Positions 51,461 through 64,000 of a DNA stretch of 64,000 nucleotides are shown here, piece after piece. Both the position numbers and the translations under genes were made by a program. This DNA comes from Lingula anatina (Eukaryota; Animalia; Brachiopoda), in the NCBI GenBank assembly GCA_051362555.1, contig CM120648.1, positions 5,700,587 to 5,764,586 of the forward strand, read 5' to 3'. Each line of letters starts with the position of its first letter. The first letter of the stretch is position 1. The notes under the pieces are model-generated. The model worked only from the letters and a program-made list of their open reading frames with translations. It was not told where the DNA came from and made no database searches.

Positions 51461-53037
51461 GGAAACATTTTAATAAACACTTTGCTTATGGAATCCGAAG
51501 GAAGCATATTACGTGTGATCCCGTTCCGAGAGCACCCCCTACATGTGGTTCTATTATAACAGGTCCGTAAGGAAAGTGGTAACCTAAAATATCCAACTCC
51601 TGGTCAAAGTTTCCTTGGGACAGACCGGCAGCGACTCTCACGGTGGCGTGTGTATCGGAGGGTCCCTGAAAAACGACAGTATTTACATTCCGTGATAAAG
51701 GAAATACTGACTTGACAGATTTTACTGCCTCAGTTTTTCATGTCATACGGTCACTGGCCGCATGTACTTGTGTGAAAAAGTTCGCGTAGACTCAAGGGCC
51801 GGAAAATATTAACAAGCCGTTTCTTTACACAGTTTTTTTGTATATATTTCTACTTATAAGAAGAACTTTTTATATACTTCTTTGATAGCCGTCTTATGCA
51901 AATATGAAAAGCTATGTGTTGAATTAAAAAAAGCAGGGCATTTCTACTGAAGATGAATGTCACATGCACTAGGAAAACAAGGAACTACAGTACGACCATG
52001 CATAACAACAACTTACCGCTGGCTTGAGAACTACTGTCTGCCCGTCATCTAGGGTCAGGTCCGTCAGATTGAGATAGATTTGTCCCCGGTCTCCGTAGAG
52101 AGGAGAGATAGAGTGACTACTGCCCATGGCACGGACTTGTCTTCTGTATGAAAGAGCAGCCCTGACTATTCTCTGGATCTAACAAAAAACGTGTTTTTTT
52201 TTTCTTTTTTACCAAATACGAATGGACTTTATTATGGCTTAAACCATACACAGCTGAAATACGTAGATGTGAAATGAGCATTTGGTGCCTCAGGCGTGAT
52301 CTTGCATGTCAAATCTGTTTCACTGAGTTATATATGGCAAAAAGAAGGAAGAATACGATTGTCGGGGAATTGCATAATTTTCCATTAATCACCATCTTCA
52401 GCCATTACCCCGTTTTTAAGTTTTATAAATTTAGTTTTTGAGACACACATGGAAGCATAAGGTGAAGAACTTCATTAATGACACTCGTGATGATAAAAAA
52501 CTAGAACTTATGGATTAAAAAACTGATCTGACAACGGCTGTACCTACCTCTTCCGATGATTTGGGTTTGGCGACAAACACGTGGTCGTAACTGACAACCT
52601 GCGCCCAGTTTGTAAACGAAACCATGTCGATTACAGGCGAAGGTCCCACGAATTCCTGCAAACATCTTTGTACAATTTGCAACTGGTGCGTGGTCGAATA
52701 GTCTGAAAAAGTAATAAGGCAATGTAAGGTTATGCATTCGAATGTTTTGTGTAAAAGTCCAGATAATGATATCATCGATAAGTGGTTTGGTTTAATTTAT
52801 ATTAATGTCTCTTTGTCGCATCACCAAAAAGGCCTTCATCCAAAAGAAGGATGGTGGATAATATTGTAATATCATTTGAAAAGCAGAAATGGTCTTATGG
52901 AATAGTCCGAGGCGTATTTAGTTTAGAATAGGAATTAAGGCTCGCACTCTTATCAATGAAATACATTCTTTATATTAACTTAACCTTATTCAAGCACACA
53001 AACCTTCACCCCTTCCATACCTACATGTACCACTGTC

Positions 53038-53069
<32 letters not shown>

Positions 53070-53275
53070 GAGTACACACATGTACGCACAGACACACTCA
53101 CATGTACGCAGGAGAACGCGTAAGCATACACACACACTCACACACAGGAGTACGCGCATCCACACACACACACACACACACACGCACACACACACACACG
53201 CTCAAGTGTATACATACAATTACCTGAGTTAAACAGCATAGAGACATAAAGGCAATGCACTGCCGGGAAAGACAT
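47459..53275 (-). CDS. FAD-linked oxidase, GULO/ALO-like (copy A). Exons 53275-53224, 52702-52548, 52178-52017, 51665-51513, 51194-51027, 50768-50551, 50201-50111, 49128-48979, 48414-48172, 47680-47459; about 537 aa
   Basis: Same motifs as copy B ([30 protein letters not shown]). All ten exon lengths are identical to copy B. Confidence 0.88.
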
Positions 53276-54122
53276 GGCTCTTCTTCGTAACTAACACTTT
53301 TCTGGAGTGAAATAACCCTTTATATAGCGACGCAGTCTGCTTGATATATTATATAGGACATCAAGGACGTTACGAGTAAAGATGCTTTGATTTCGTCACA
53401 GTTCGTCTAAGGACTTCATACCGTTCCCTGATGAATGGGGTTTTCAAAAATTACAAGGTCACAATATGGCCAAAATGTTTCCATTCACAATTTTTAATAT
53501 CAAAATAAGGTAATAAATTCACCATGGAAGGTTATCTCTATATATCTACATAAAATTCAGTTATATGAGGGCTTGTCGGGAATGCGTATAAGCAGGATTT
53601 CTGATGAATGGTCGACCACTGCGTTGAAAAAAATTGAGGCAGGGGCCTAGATTACCCCGTATCTTTACAATATTTTGATGTCTATTTCAAACCCTCATAT
53701 AGATTATTTTCCATATATGTGTACATAAGTATACCACGACATCAGTTATGTGTTGCATGCAACGTAAAAGTTCTAACATTATATATTTCTGTAATCCAAC
53801 ATTGCATTACCTGCATGGTCCGGTGTGACAGGGATGGTAGTCAGCTAGGAACCATAGTCCATTCCCTATTATTTTGTACAAGTAACATTCGACCCATATA
53901 CTAACCCCAATACAGAAACAAACCTCAACCTGTTAAACCATATTAGCTTATGGAGTCTCTCTCGATATCGTTTCAAACCATTTCCATTTTTTCGAGTGTA
54001 AATTCTGTTTATGGATTTTACGGTTCTTGCAGTTCTTGTGTGTCAAATCATTTCCCAAATTTTTAAAATTATTAAAATGATACACCCAAAATCATTGTGA
54101 AATATGAACAATTGTCTCTTTA

Positions 54123-55022
54123 TCTAGATTTAATTGCGATTCCTTCGCTCAAGAGATGGTAGCAAGCCTGACTCCAGAACATCGATATATTTCTAGTGAT
54201 TCATGTTTCCATTAACCACTATCAATTCGCCCAAGCCATGGATGCTGATGCAGTCCCACACCATGATGAATATGCTGCTCCGGGTTCGAAAATTCAGTGC
54301 ATGTGGTTCAAATGCTTTACCAGCAGTTTGCCAGCATTTTACCCGTCTGTCATCAGAGGTCAGACCAAAGCGACACTCATCAGAAAAAAAAATATAGGAC
54401 CAATTGTCATGAACTGTCCAGTTCCAGATCCTGTTGACCCTTGTTTACTCTACGTTGCCTGTTTTGTAACGATATAAGAGGTTTCAGTCTTGCTACCCTG
54501 CTGTACAGTCTCAGAGCATGTAACCGACGCCTAGCAATTTTCACAGACACATTCTTATGTGTGAAATTGTTCCAATGTGTTGTCAACTGACAAGCAGTGT
54601 CGAACTTTGACAACCTGGACATCAAAATCAGTCGTCGGTCTTCACGGCCAGTATTTTTTTTGAACGACCCATCAGAGGCAATTTGTCTCTTGATCCAGTG
54701 TTTCTATACCGAGACCAGACCCTCTGCACGGTTCTGACTGAACAATTCAATTATATCGATATTCTGACATTGCTTATATTCCGCCTCTTCAGGTTAATAA
54801 CTTGCACCTATAACCGTTAGATAATTGCCTGTATCTTGCCATATTGGAGGAAGACAGGAATGACATTTGCTGTACATGTACAAGACCAACAATACAATTC
54901 CATGGTATAGCGGTTTTATACTCATTAGTCACATTATAAGTAGACCAGGCATTATAAGTACCCAAGATCTGCCTACTTTTATTACTCTGAGGTAGGGGGT
55001 GACACTTCTTTTGTCCAGTGTG
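54123..55022 (-). mobile_element. Degenerate Tc1/mariner transposon relic
   Basis: ARRRLHALRLYSRVARLKPLIS..NRQRR, IFFSDECRF and HGLGELIVVNGNMN fragments on the - strand. A TIR-like end CACTGGACAAAAGAAGTGTCACCCC lies at ~55020. Confidence 0.75.
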
Positions 55023-57384
55023 TGTATGTGCATTTGAATATCTTTCAGTTCAATTGCAACATTTTATTTCTCAGCTAACGCAATCATGTTCCTGCCCAAT
55101 GTTGTATGCGGACTGGAGATAAAATACATTTGAACTTTGGATTATTGACAGGAAAAGGCTCTTTTACTTTTACCACGTGTAGGTTGTCGCAGGATGAGTG
55201 ACCCTCCCCCCCTTTACAAAACTGGCCATTTCGACCCATTATCATAGGACCTTAGTCACGACGAGTAGTAATTATCAAAAGATTGCATAGTTTTAACAAT
55301 TTTAACCGCAAATACTGAGCGAACATACATGCATGCCCACGTAGTAAAACATAATGAAGGCAAGTAGTCAATGTTTGTGGAAATAAAGTACGTTCTTTGA
55401 TTTTCAGGCGGGATTTTATAATTCAGCCTCAGTGGGGGCATTCTTGGTCGGAGCGACTCGTCGTTAATCATGTTAGACACGGTATCTGTAATAAAAAGCA
55501 CTATTTCTAACAATTTACAACTGTGAGGTGATTATTTGTAAATAAAAGTACATGGAAATGGGGGTGGGACAACCTTTTTGACCAATGTTGTATAGGATAG
55601 ATTTATATAAGGTGTAAGACATCAAGATAACGTGATAAGTTTTAGATATTTGTGGATTTTATGCTAGTTAACATTTGCTTTGTTTTAAAAATGAAAAAAA
55701 AAAAGAGGAGTGTATGTGGTAAAGGGTAAGAATTCGAAGACAACACATACAAAATGAGTTTTTGGTAATATTCAAATAACATTTTAAGCTAATTGAAAAC
55801 TAAGCTCTAAGAGAATACCTTGTAAGGAAATAATGAAAGATGGAATGCAACATTAGAATGGAAAATTCTGGTAATCACGCAAAAGACAATATACGAAGAG
55901 AAGAGAATACGTGATCAATGTTAAGAAAAAGACTTTAAATACTCTTGAATTTGTATGAAAAATTGATCGGTGAATAAACGTGTTTGAAAGCTCCAACACG
56001 TCGTCGTAGTCAATATGCGACCACTCCCCTAATCCTATCGTACTACCTAGCAAGCAGGATCGATCTATCTCCGATTGTATTCTCACTAAATCGCCGGAAT
56101 TCCATACCATTTCAGAAAAAACTTTAAAAACATAAAGTGTAATTTTCTGCACGTGATTGTCCTATGAGACATGTAGCCTATACCAGTACATACAACGCCA
56201 ATTAAGCTATTCTATGCACGAATAAACTTAACATGCATGCTCTCTAACATGACGTACCAAGTCATACCGATCTATGTTCTGGCCGCTACGGGTTTGGAGG
56301 AAGAAGTCTGATTTGCATCAAGTCTCCCTCCCCACGTTTTCTATTAGACTGCGTTAAGCTTCTAACATCTTACCAGCTGGATTGAGCCAACTAATACTAT
56401 GGTGAGGGGATTCTCGCTAAAGTGCAAATCAGCTGAGGCTTGTCAGACATTAAAGCCAATTAAAGTGACTGCACTTACAGATAATCTACCACAGAGTTGG
56501 ATCGATCCAGCAAGTACTATGGGTTTATCTGAACGCTCCCTTCCATTGCGTAACCGCTATCCAATCACGTTGCCATCTTATCACCTCATGACCTCATTTT
56601 TAACTTTACACCAATCAATCAACGCGAAACAATCCATGTTTACAATCCCGAACTCACGCTACTCGATCTCACCATCGACCTTCCATTAATATACATTGTG
56701 CCACAAACAAAGCCAGATTCGCCATTAAGAATTTTGTCTCCGGCCACGTAAGTGTTAAACATGCTTTTTTTCCCTAATATTTTAGTGTGTTTATGTTACA
56801 TACATGTACTATCCGTAAAAAGTTCTGTTCGCTTAAAGAATCTACCCCGTAGGGTCTTAAATTCTTAGTTAGAAGGGCGGATTCAATACCAGAAACGTTA
56901 CTACAGGAGCTTTTACTTAACATACTGATATTTACAAATATACACACGGCTTCTTTGGTTAGATTATGTGTCTACAAACAAACTGAATCACTCAATGATC
57001 TATAACTGGGATGCGGTACTGCAGAGTTCGTAAAAACAAGGCCTGTTTAGATCGTGTTTTTTCTTATTCTTGACTGTATTCAGCCCTAACCTCCTTTCCC
57101 TATATTAAACTAAATTTGATGGCATATTGAAGACATTAAGGGATACTAGTACATACGACAACCAATATTCGTCCTGTACACCGATCTCGTGAGAGCAAAA
57201 CAGACCGAGTAAAACTGCTTAGAGCAAAGAGAAAACATCGCAAAAACTGCCCCAACTCCGTCAACGGGGTTAAGATTGTTGCGTACAGAAAAAAAGCCAT
57301 CATATTCAAGGCTGAAAACAGGTCACTGGTCTATTACTCTTGTCTATGCGCCAGTGTTTACTAATCAGGGTATCGGGTATTATT

Positions 57385-57419
<35 letters not shown>

Positions 57420-58844
57420 CCCCATATCTCTCTTCTTTCCCATTTCGATTGTATACTTTATACATCTGGTTTCTGTTACTTCTCAAGCTGCCGGGCATGC
57501 TGGAGAATTGCTATCAAACGTTTCACGATTAAGTTACTTTACTTCAAGTCCAAGATAGAAGGTAAGAACCTCCTCCTGGGTGAAAGTTATTAAATCCGCA
57601 TTATTTTGAAGAACTGCACGGTCTCCAATATAAACTATAACGCCACTACTTCTATCTAGTACAGGGAGCATTGAACCGACTTACATGTACGTCCCTTGTA
57701 TACGTGGTTATCTCTAACTAATAAAATAACGACCCGGGACTGTGGTATACCAGGTAATGTGTACATTATGATTACGCGACTCAAGTGCCAGTCTTACTTA
57801 TTATAACGCCAGCGTGCCATAAAAAAATAGAGACGATTATTCCAATCGGACCTATACTGTAGGTAATTATAAAATGATGTAAAAATGTGCGGTTCTTCAT
57901 TCAAGCTTTCAAGATTGTGCACAGTGCTATGTATTTTCCACGACCGTTGCATTCGCCATAACACTTGCTTGGAAAGAGCTGCTGGATGTTCGCGATATAA
58001 ACACTACATGTAATTGCCCAAAGTTGGTGCTTTGAAATGCCACGTCACATTCTTTTTTTTATCTTTTTGTCAGACTTTAATATTTGGAGACGATATTTAG
58101 TCTTTTTAATCACACTATTGAAGCCACCCATTTCTACATGTACATGTATACATGTACGTCAGCAACTTCTGTCAGCTAAACCATTTACACAACCCGTAAT
58201 GGCTCTCTTCGATCCTGGAGCGTTCTTATCTCCCTGATGAGTGATAATCTCACATAAGCCTTTTAGCTGAAAAATTCTATGAAAGGCTGCCACAAATTTT
58301 GTAACAGTTTCGAGATATTTCAGTCTGGTAAAGAGTATAAGGATCGAGCACACACACTACCAACATCAGAACATATGTCATAACATCTGCTCCAATATCT
58401 GTATATGCTGTGTGCTAAGCGACGACACAAAAGATAACATTATATACAGTATGTTATCTGGGCATGACTTTCCTTCACGCTGCATACCGATAGGGCCAGC
58501 CGTTTAGATTAACGACACTGGGCTTTTGAAATGACAAGTGTACAGATGACGTAATTCTATCTAACACGTTGCGCTTGCCCCTAGATAAAGTTATATTAAT
58601 CTCACTGGCTTTTAACTTTCTCATAGCTGTATGTAAGCTCATCTTAAAGATTTCAGCCACCGTTTCAGCCAGAGAGAATTCCTTCCATAGAAAAGGAAGC
58701 TTTTTGTCGGCCTTGTGCCATCTTTTCACGGTAAAAGTTTTAGACGGTTTAAAATAGAAATTCAATTTCAGAGCAGAGTGAATACATGACGGTTTAAAAA
58801 AGAAATTCAATTTGAGCAGAGTGAATACATGTACGTTACGCGCT

Positions 58845-58877
<33 letters not shown>

Positions 58878-58965
58878 AAGAGAATGGAGGAGGAGAAACA
58901 TATCACGTCTTTGTTTCCCTTTTTCCAGAATCGTCACCAACAATATCCAGAGCGCCAGATTAGTA

Positions 58966-61900
58966 ATGGCACAAAAGCCAAATTACACAGCACGGAACTA
59001 CCTGAGCGTCAGCCTTCCAAATCTGGTGCTGGGGGCATCACTTGTTTCTCTACCTCGCGAGGAGCAAGCTGAAGACAGCCTCGCAGAACCGCCCTCAAAG
59101 AATGAGCTGGAGGGGTTGGCTCTGTGTGATCACGTGGATAGCGGATGGTCTTGGGTTATCATGGTAACGGGGACATTGGCGCTTTTCATTGCAAATGGTT
59201 TTTGTTACAGTTGTGGTAAGTACTTAAGACGTTGATTTCTTCAGGTATAGTTTATTTCTATGTCTATCCAATGGTTATGGTTTGTGCTTTTTTCTGGATG
59301 TACTTTTTTCGGGTCTATCTTATGTCAACAGTCTGTAAATCTGAAAGCATACTGGAACATATCAGGGCCCCGTAACTCGAAAGCATCGCGCATTGCGAAT
59401 AGCGATATCACTTAGAGGCTACAATATATTATATAGGGCCAGTATAACCGAGTTATGGAATCGAGACGCTTGCGCTTGGTCGCAAGGCGCGATGCTTTCG
59501 AGTTACGGGGCCCTGGCCTTGACATTTCATAGCCAGCATTAGACTACAAGGTGTTCGTCAATATCATTTCGCACTATTTCCATAATTTCCAGTGTAAATT
59601 ATGTTTTTAGATTTTGTTTAAAAAGTCTCAAAAAACAATGCGCATTGAAGACCGCTAACCACGGTAAATTTGCTTTATTTTTGTAAGTCATCCGTAAAAA
59701 AGCAAAACCCTTTGTTCTTGACAGAACTATTCATATCTCATAATCAATACATTAATGAGACAAATTTGATTTTGACCTTTTGAATGGACTATGTCGTCTG
59801 CTGAGCAGGGCCCCGTATCTCGAAAGCTTCGCTATGTTGCGCACGTGCGCAAGCGTCTCGATTCCATAACTCGCCCATACTCGTCCCATATCATACATTG
59901 TAGCCTCTATTTGATATAGCGATTCGCAATACGCGATGCTTTTGAGATACGGGGCCCCGTTCTCACTAGCGCTCTCCTAGCTTCCATTTGCTTTGTTCAC
60001 AGGCGTCCTTTACCTTCCGTTGTTAGAAGCCTTTGGCGAAGGCGAGGTTATGACGTCACTGGTGGGTTCGATACTATTGGGCCAAGGCATTGTATCGGGT
60101 ATGTAATGTTCAACACTGTTACAACAATAATGAGGATACCGTATTTGATGTGTGTATTTCCTCGTCATTGATGCTTTATGCAAGTTAGACGATACGTTTT
60201 TTTTTCGTTATCGAGTAGTTTTTCATGAATAAATCACGGCGTTTATAGGCTAATTTACTATATTGACGTACTAATTACTCTTTAATATGTACTCATTCTA
60301 TAGTACATTAGACAACAAACAGTGTTAGCATGTCAATGTAAAAGTTAAATTAATTATTGTTTTTTATATAAAAACTTCATAAGGTTTTAAAGATAGCACT
60401 ATTGAATTTGAGACAACTTTTTTCAAACATCATGTGTTATTATATCAGCACATACAGAACAATGTGAGGAACCTGTTTCAAGAGAATGCGAACCCGTATC
60501 AGGGGTAGACCGGAGTCCCAAATATACTTAGCCGACAAGGTGTTCAACTTCAAATAGTGAAGTTTTTTGTGCGATGTACATTGTCTTTCAGATAACATTC
60601 TACCATTTATTCACTGTTTTCTCTTTTAGCTTTTATTGCTTCCATATTATGTGACAAGCTGGGTTGTCGCAAGGCATGTGCTCTGGGTGCTGTGGTCGCT
60701 GCAGCTGGACTTGGAGCAAGCTTCTTCGCCACAAGCTGTGCGTTCCTCATAGTCACGTATAGTGCAGTTGCAGGTATTTTTTATCTCTTATTAATGATCA
60801 ACACAGTACCCAGCTGCATTACGAAACTTGACTTATACATGTACATATACGTGCAGACTAGTGGAATACTACTATAACTAAAAATCCGAATTATTATTAG
60901 TTTACAGTTTATAGTTTATATGGGGGTGCATTTCTCTGTTGGCCTCTGTTAAAGAATTGCTCCTCGAATTTAAAGGCATAACATCTCTTTGCTTTGGCGG
61001 GGAAAAAGTGCCAAAAAAACATATGGTACATATGGTAAACGACTATTCTCAGATACTTTGGGTCTTGTATCCGCCCCAAGATACCTGTACAAAGTTATAA
61101 CTATATGTCGTTTACATTGTACCCTGTACGTTTTTATCCCTTTCATAAACTTACCTTGCTGTTTTCTCAGGTGCTGGCTTGGTGATCAGCTACCAAGCTG
61201 CCACTATTAGTGTGGCCCACTACTTCCACGAGAGAAGACCATTCGCCATGGCCTTTATTCAGGTGGGGTCCAGTCTCGGACAGGTGGTCGTCGCTCCACT
61301 TACACACTATTTTGTGGATGAATACACCTGGCGAGGAGCCATGTTGTTACTGTCTGCTATCAGTTTGCATCTTTTGGTAGTGGCAGCTTTGCTGCGGCCT
61401 CACAGAACAGAGCACTTTCAAAAGCAACTTAAAAATGGCGTCCTGTTCGACTTCACGGTGTTGAAGAACGTGCCGCTGCTGCTTTTAACGCTTAACGTTG
61501 TTCTGTTGAATGTGGTGCTAGGGTTATTATTTTTCCATCTACCTGCTTATGCAGTGTTCTCAGGAACGCCAATTCACAAAGCTTCATTGCTGCTTTCTCT
61601 CATAGGATTCACGGGCCTTTTTGCAAAGCCACTCTTCGGAGCAGCCATGAATCACCCGGATGTTGACCAATGTACTGTTTACAGCATGTCGCAAACGCTC
61701 ACTGGGGTCTTGATGACACTGTCTCCGATATTAATGGCTGACTTTTCTGGACAGATGATTTTTGTTTTGCTTTTCGCCATCTACACAACTCCGTATTTCG
61801 CTGGGATAGTGGCAATATTTTTGGAGCATGTATCGGCCAAGCACCACGGAGCAGCACTGGGACTTCTACAATGTGGAGGCGGTCTTGGAATACTATTTGG

Positions 61901-62493
61901 ACCATTTATCGGAGGTACGTTCAGAATAAACATGACACCTGTATTTAATACCTGATCATTCATATCACTTAAATAAAGGGGAAATTAAGCACATTGATAA
62001 ACACTCTTCACTTGTAACAATCTGACAGGGTCGCCCACTCCAGTTTAAAGGTAGCCTATTATTTTAATGTTTATGTAATGTAAATTTAAGGTAACAGTCA
62101 CTTTATTGTTTTATCATGTGGTTTTCTGTTATTGTGTTAAAGGTTGGACGTTCACCTTGACTGGGTCATATGCTCCAGGTGTGCAGTTTGCAGGTAAGAC
62201 CACAAAACCACCGCATTTCTTAGAGTTTTTTTTTTAAAACGCAAGGATATACTCAATGCATAAAAGACGGGAAAGATATAATAAGTCCAGAACCATTCAA
62301 AATGCAATGTTTTCATACAGGTGGGTGCCTCGTGGTCAATACTCTCGTCATGTTTGCTGTGGAGATTTCATCTGGCAAAAATCCCAGACAGAAGATGGCG
62401 GAAGTTGCCAACCTGGATCACGTGTCTTCTGGCTGCACCGAAATTAGTCCGAGTACGGTCAGCCGATCCGCAGAGAACATGGCTGTTAGATGA
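58966..62493 (+). CDS. MFS monocarboxylate transporter-like (SLC16/MCT family). Exons 58966-59215, 60003-60098, 60630-60773, 61171-61914, 62143-62193, 62321-62493; about 485 aa
   Basis: DSGWSWV (TM1 signature), DKLGCR, YFHERRPFA, YTWRGAMLLLSA...AALLRP and GPFIGG motifs, with multiple hydrophobic helices. Phase-1 GT-AG introns; summed CDS 1458 nt. Confidence 0.9.
59365..59513 (+). mobile_element. MITE, GGGCCCCGTATCTCG family
   Basis: GGGCCCCGTAACTCGAAAGCATCGCG ... CGCGATGCTTTCGAGTTACGGGGCCC. Confidence 0.85.
59808..59957 (-). mobile_element. MITE, GGGCCCCGTATCTCG family (opposite orientation)
   Basis: Same TIRs; the interior is the reverse complement of the 59365 copy (tctcgattccataactcg, tgtagcctct). 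Confidence 0.85.
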
Positions 62494-62884
62494 CCTTCAT
62501 AAAAAACACTTATAAGGGGAACCAAAGCAGATACATTCAACTGAAACATCACTCTTCTAATTTATAACACCAGCATGCCAAGCGACACCTGCGTAACCTT
62601 TACCTAGCTACATATATTGATAAGTGAGTGAAGAGTACGAAATCAAAGTGAACGTTTTGTCATCCATTTATATCATACTAAGAAAATGCTAAAATTAAAT
62701 CTTTTTTCTAATTCATCACCAAGATATATCGTATCCAAACTATTTACTGCAGTACAACCAATAAATCCTTTTAAGTTGTGAGTTTCTAGTTTCGGAGTCA
62801 CTCTGGCAAAAGAGACAGAGATTAGTGAATTTCAGTGGTTTTGGTAAAAGTCTGAAATATAGAACTCGAAAGTGGGTTTATAGA

Positions 62885-63029
62885 CATGGGCGTCACTTGA
62901 CCCCCGCCCCCCCCCCCCCCCCTGGAATTTTGACGGGCACGTTAATTGCGGGAACCCAGCCAATCATTAACTCCCCTTCAATGACTTTGACCCCCCCCCC
63001 CCCCGGAAAATATTCTGCGGACGCCCATG
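62885..63029. mobile_element. Small hAT-like MITE
   Basis: TIRs CATGGGCGTC / GACGCCCATG. 8-bp TSD TTTATAGA / TTTATGGA (7 of 8 match). Internal poly-C runs. Confidence 0.65.
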
Positions 63030-63724
63030 TTTATGGATAATAATATCTCCTGGTAATTGTAAGAAGAAGTTGCTTAACGTTTCCAAGAAAGGTATTATGC
63101 AATGTAAAGATCTAACGTGCATTATACGTGCATTAACCTGCGCTGTTTGTTTAAGGAGGACTTATATCGGGTGATGAGGCATTGGTATAAAATTTAATAA
63201 ATGAAAGATATGAACAGACTCCAGACCTTATCTTGAAGGATTAAGATGATGACCTTTGTTGCAAGTGCTCTCTTTGGTATTTAAGGAGATAGCTTTGTAT
63301 ATACGAACTATTTCTGTTTTACGCTAGTGGACTTTATGCATGTAAATCTGGTGGCAATGGTGGTGGTGGTGGTGGGGGGGGGGGGGGGGGGGTCGGGGGG
63401 GGGGTCACGTGCCTAAAATGAAAATAAAATGCTGTATCCCCTGATCCCCCCTCCCCTCAATTTACCTCCCCCTTTTCCCGCCCCACGATGGTTAATACAT
63501 AAAAGGCTTTATTTTTGATTGTATCTTTATCTGAACATGTTATATACTATACTTTCTTTGCAGAATAGATTGCATGACACACATATCAAAATGCCTCCTT
63601 TTCAACACTCATAATTTTAAAATACGATTCACGATGTTTACTTCAAAACCTTGGAGAACAACAACGTGTGCGCTATAAAATAAGGTTCAACTTTTGACCT
63701 TTTACACAATATTACAGCAAAAAA

Positions 63725-63960
63725 TTAAGTGGTTGTATTATAAATATAAGCATGTGCAGATTTGACAGGAATATCCAGATGAGACGCTGCCTTTAGCCTA
63801 TGGACATCTCCTCTACAACGTGAAGTAGTATGGATATCACTATTGTGACAGGAAGTGACGTCATTGAATTTGTTATCCTCTAAAATATCCTCGCCGTGCT
63901 TTCCACGGGAAGCTGCTTTCATTGCAAACATAACCAGTGTGTTAACAAGAAGACACCCAC
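63725..63960 (-). CDS. Terminal exon of a second, convergently oriented SLC16/MCT paralogue; the rest lies beyond the window
   Basis: ttttcag|GT GGG TGT CTT CTT GTT AAC ACA CTG GTT ATG TTT GCA gives GGCLLVNTLVMFA, versus GGCLVVNTLVMFA in exon 62321-62493. Confidence 0.85.
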
Positions 63961-64000
63961 CTGAAAAATAATATAATAAAACACGTTTATGTATCATACC

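Noticed and set aside
57276-57593. Poly-proline ORFs
   Set aside because: They are produced by a poly-C run at 57386-57418.

Overview
This is AT-rich animal genomic DNA with spliceosomal GT-AG introns, microsatellites, MITEs and LINE relics. The gene content suggests a marine invertebrate, probably a lophotrochozoan (inference). Genes I could reconstruct by hand: exon 1 of a secreted tyrosinase (-); a 6-exon SDR16C-type short-chain dehydrogenase (-) that has a second, homologous terminal exon 3 kb downstream; two tandem 10-exon FAD-linked aldonolactone-oxidase-like (GULO/ALO-like) genes (-); a 6-exon SLC16/MCT-type transporter (+) facing the last exon of a paralogue (-). The standout is a gene (-) whose last exon (20894-19362) fuses an AIG1/GIMAP GTPase and coiled coil to a complete Hedgehog-type Hog domain (Hint autoprocessing module plus sterol-recognition region). 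A phase-compatible upstream exon adds a probable death-fold domain. This predicts a cytosolic immune-type GTPase that cleaves itself and may be lipidated with a sterol. Repeats include Helentron-like elements with internal tandem arrays, a TIR element carrying a RecQ-helicase fragment, nested LINEs, a Tc1 relic and several MITEs. All splice models are manual and need transcript support.
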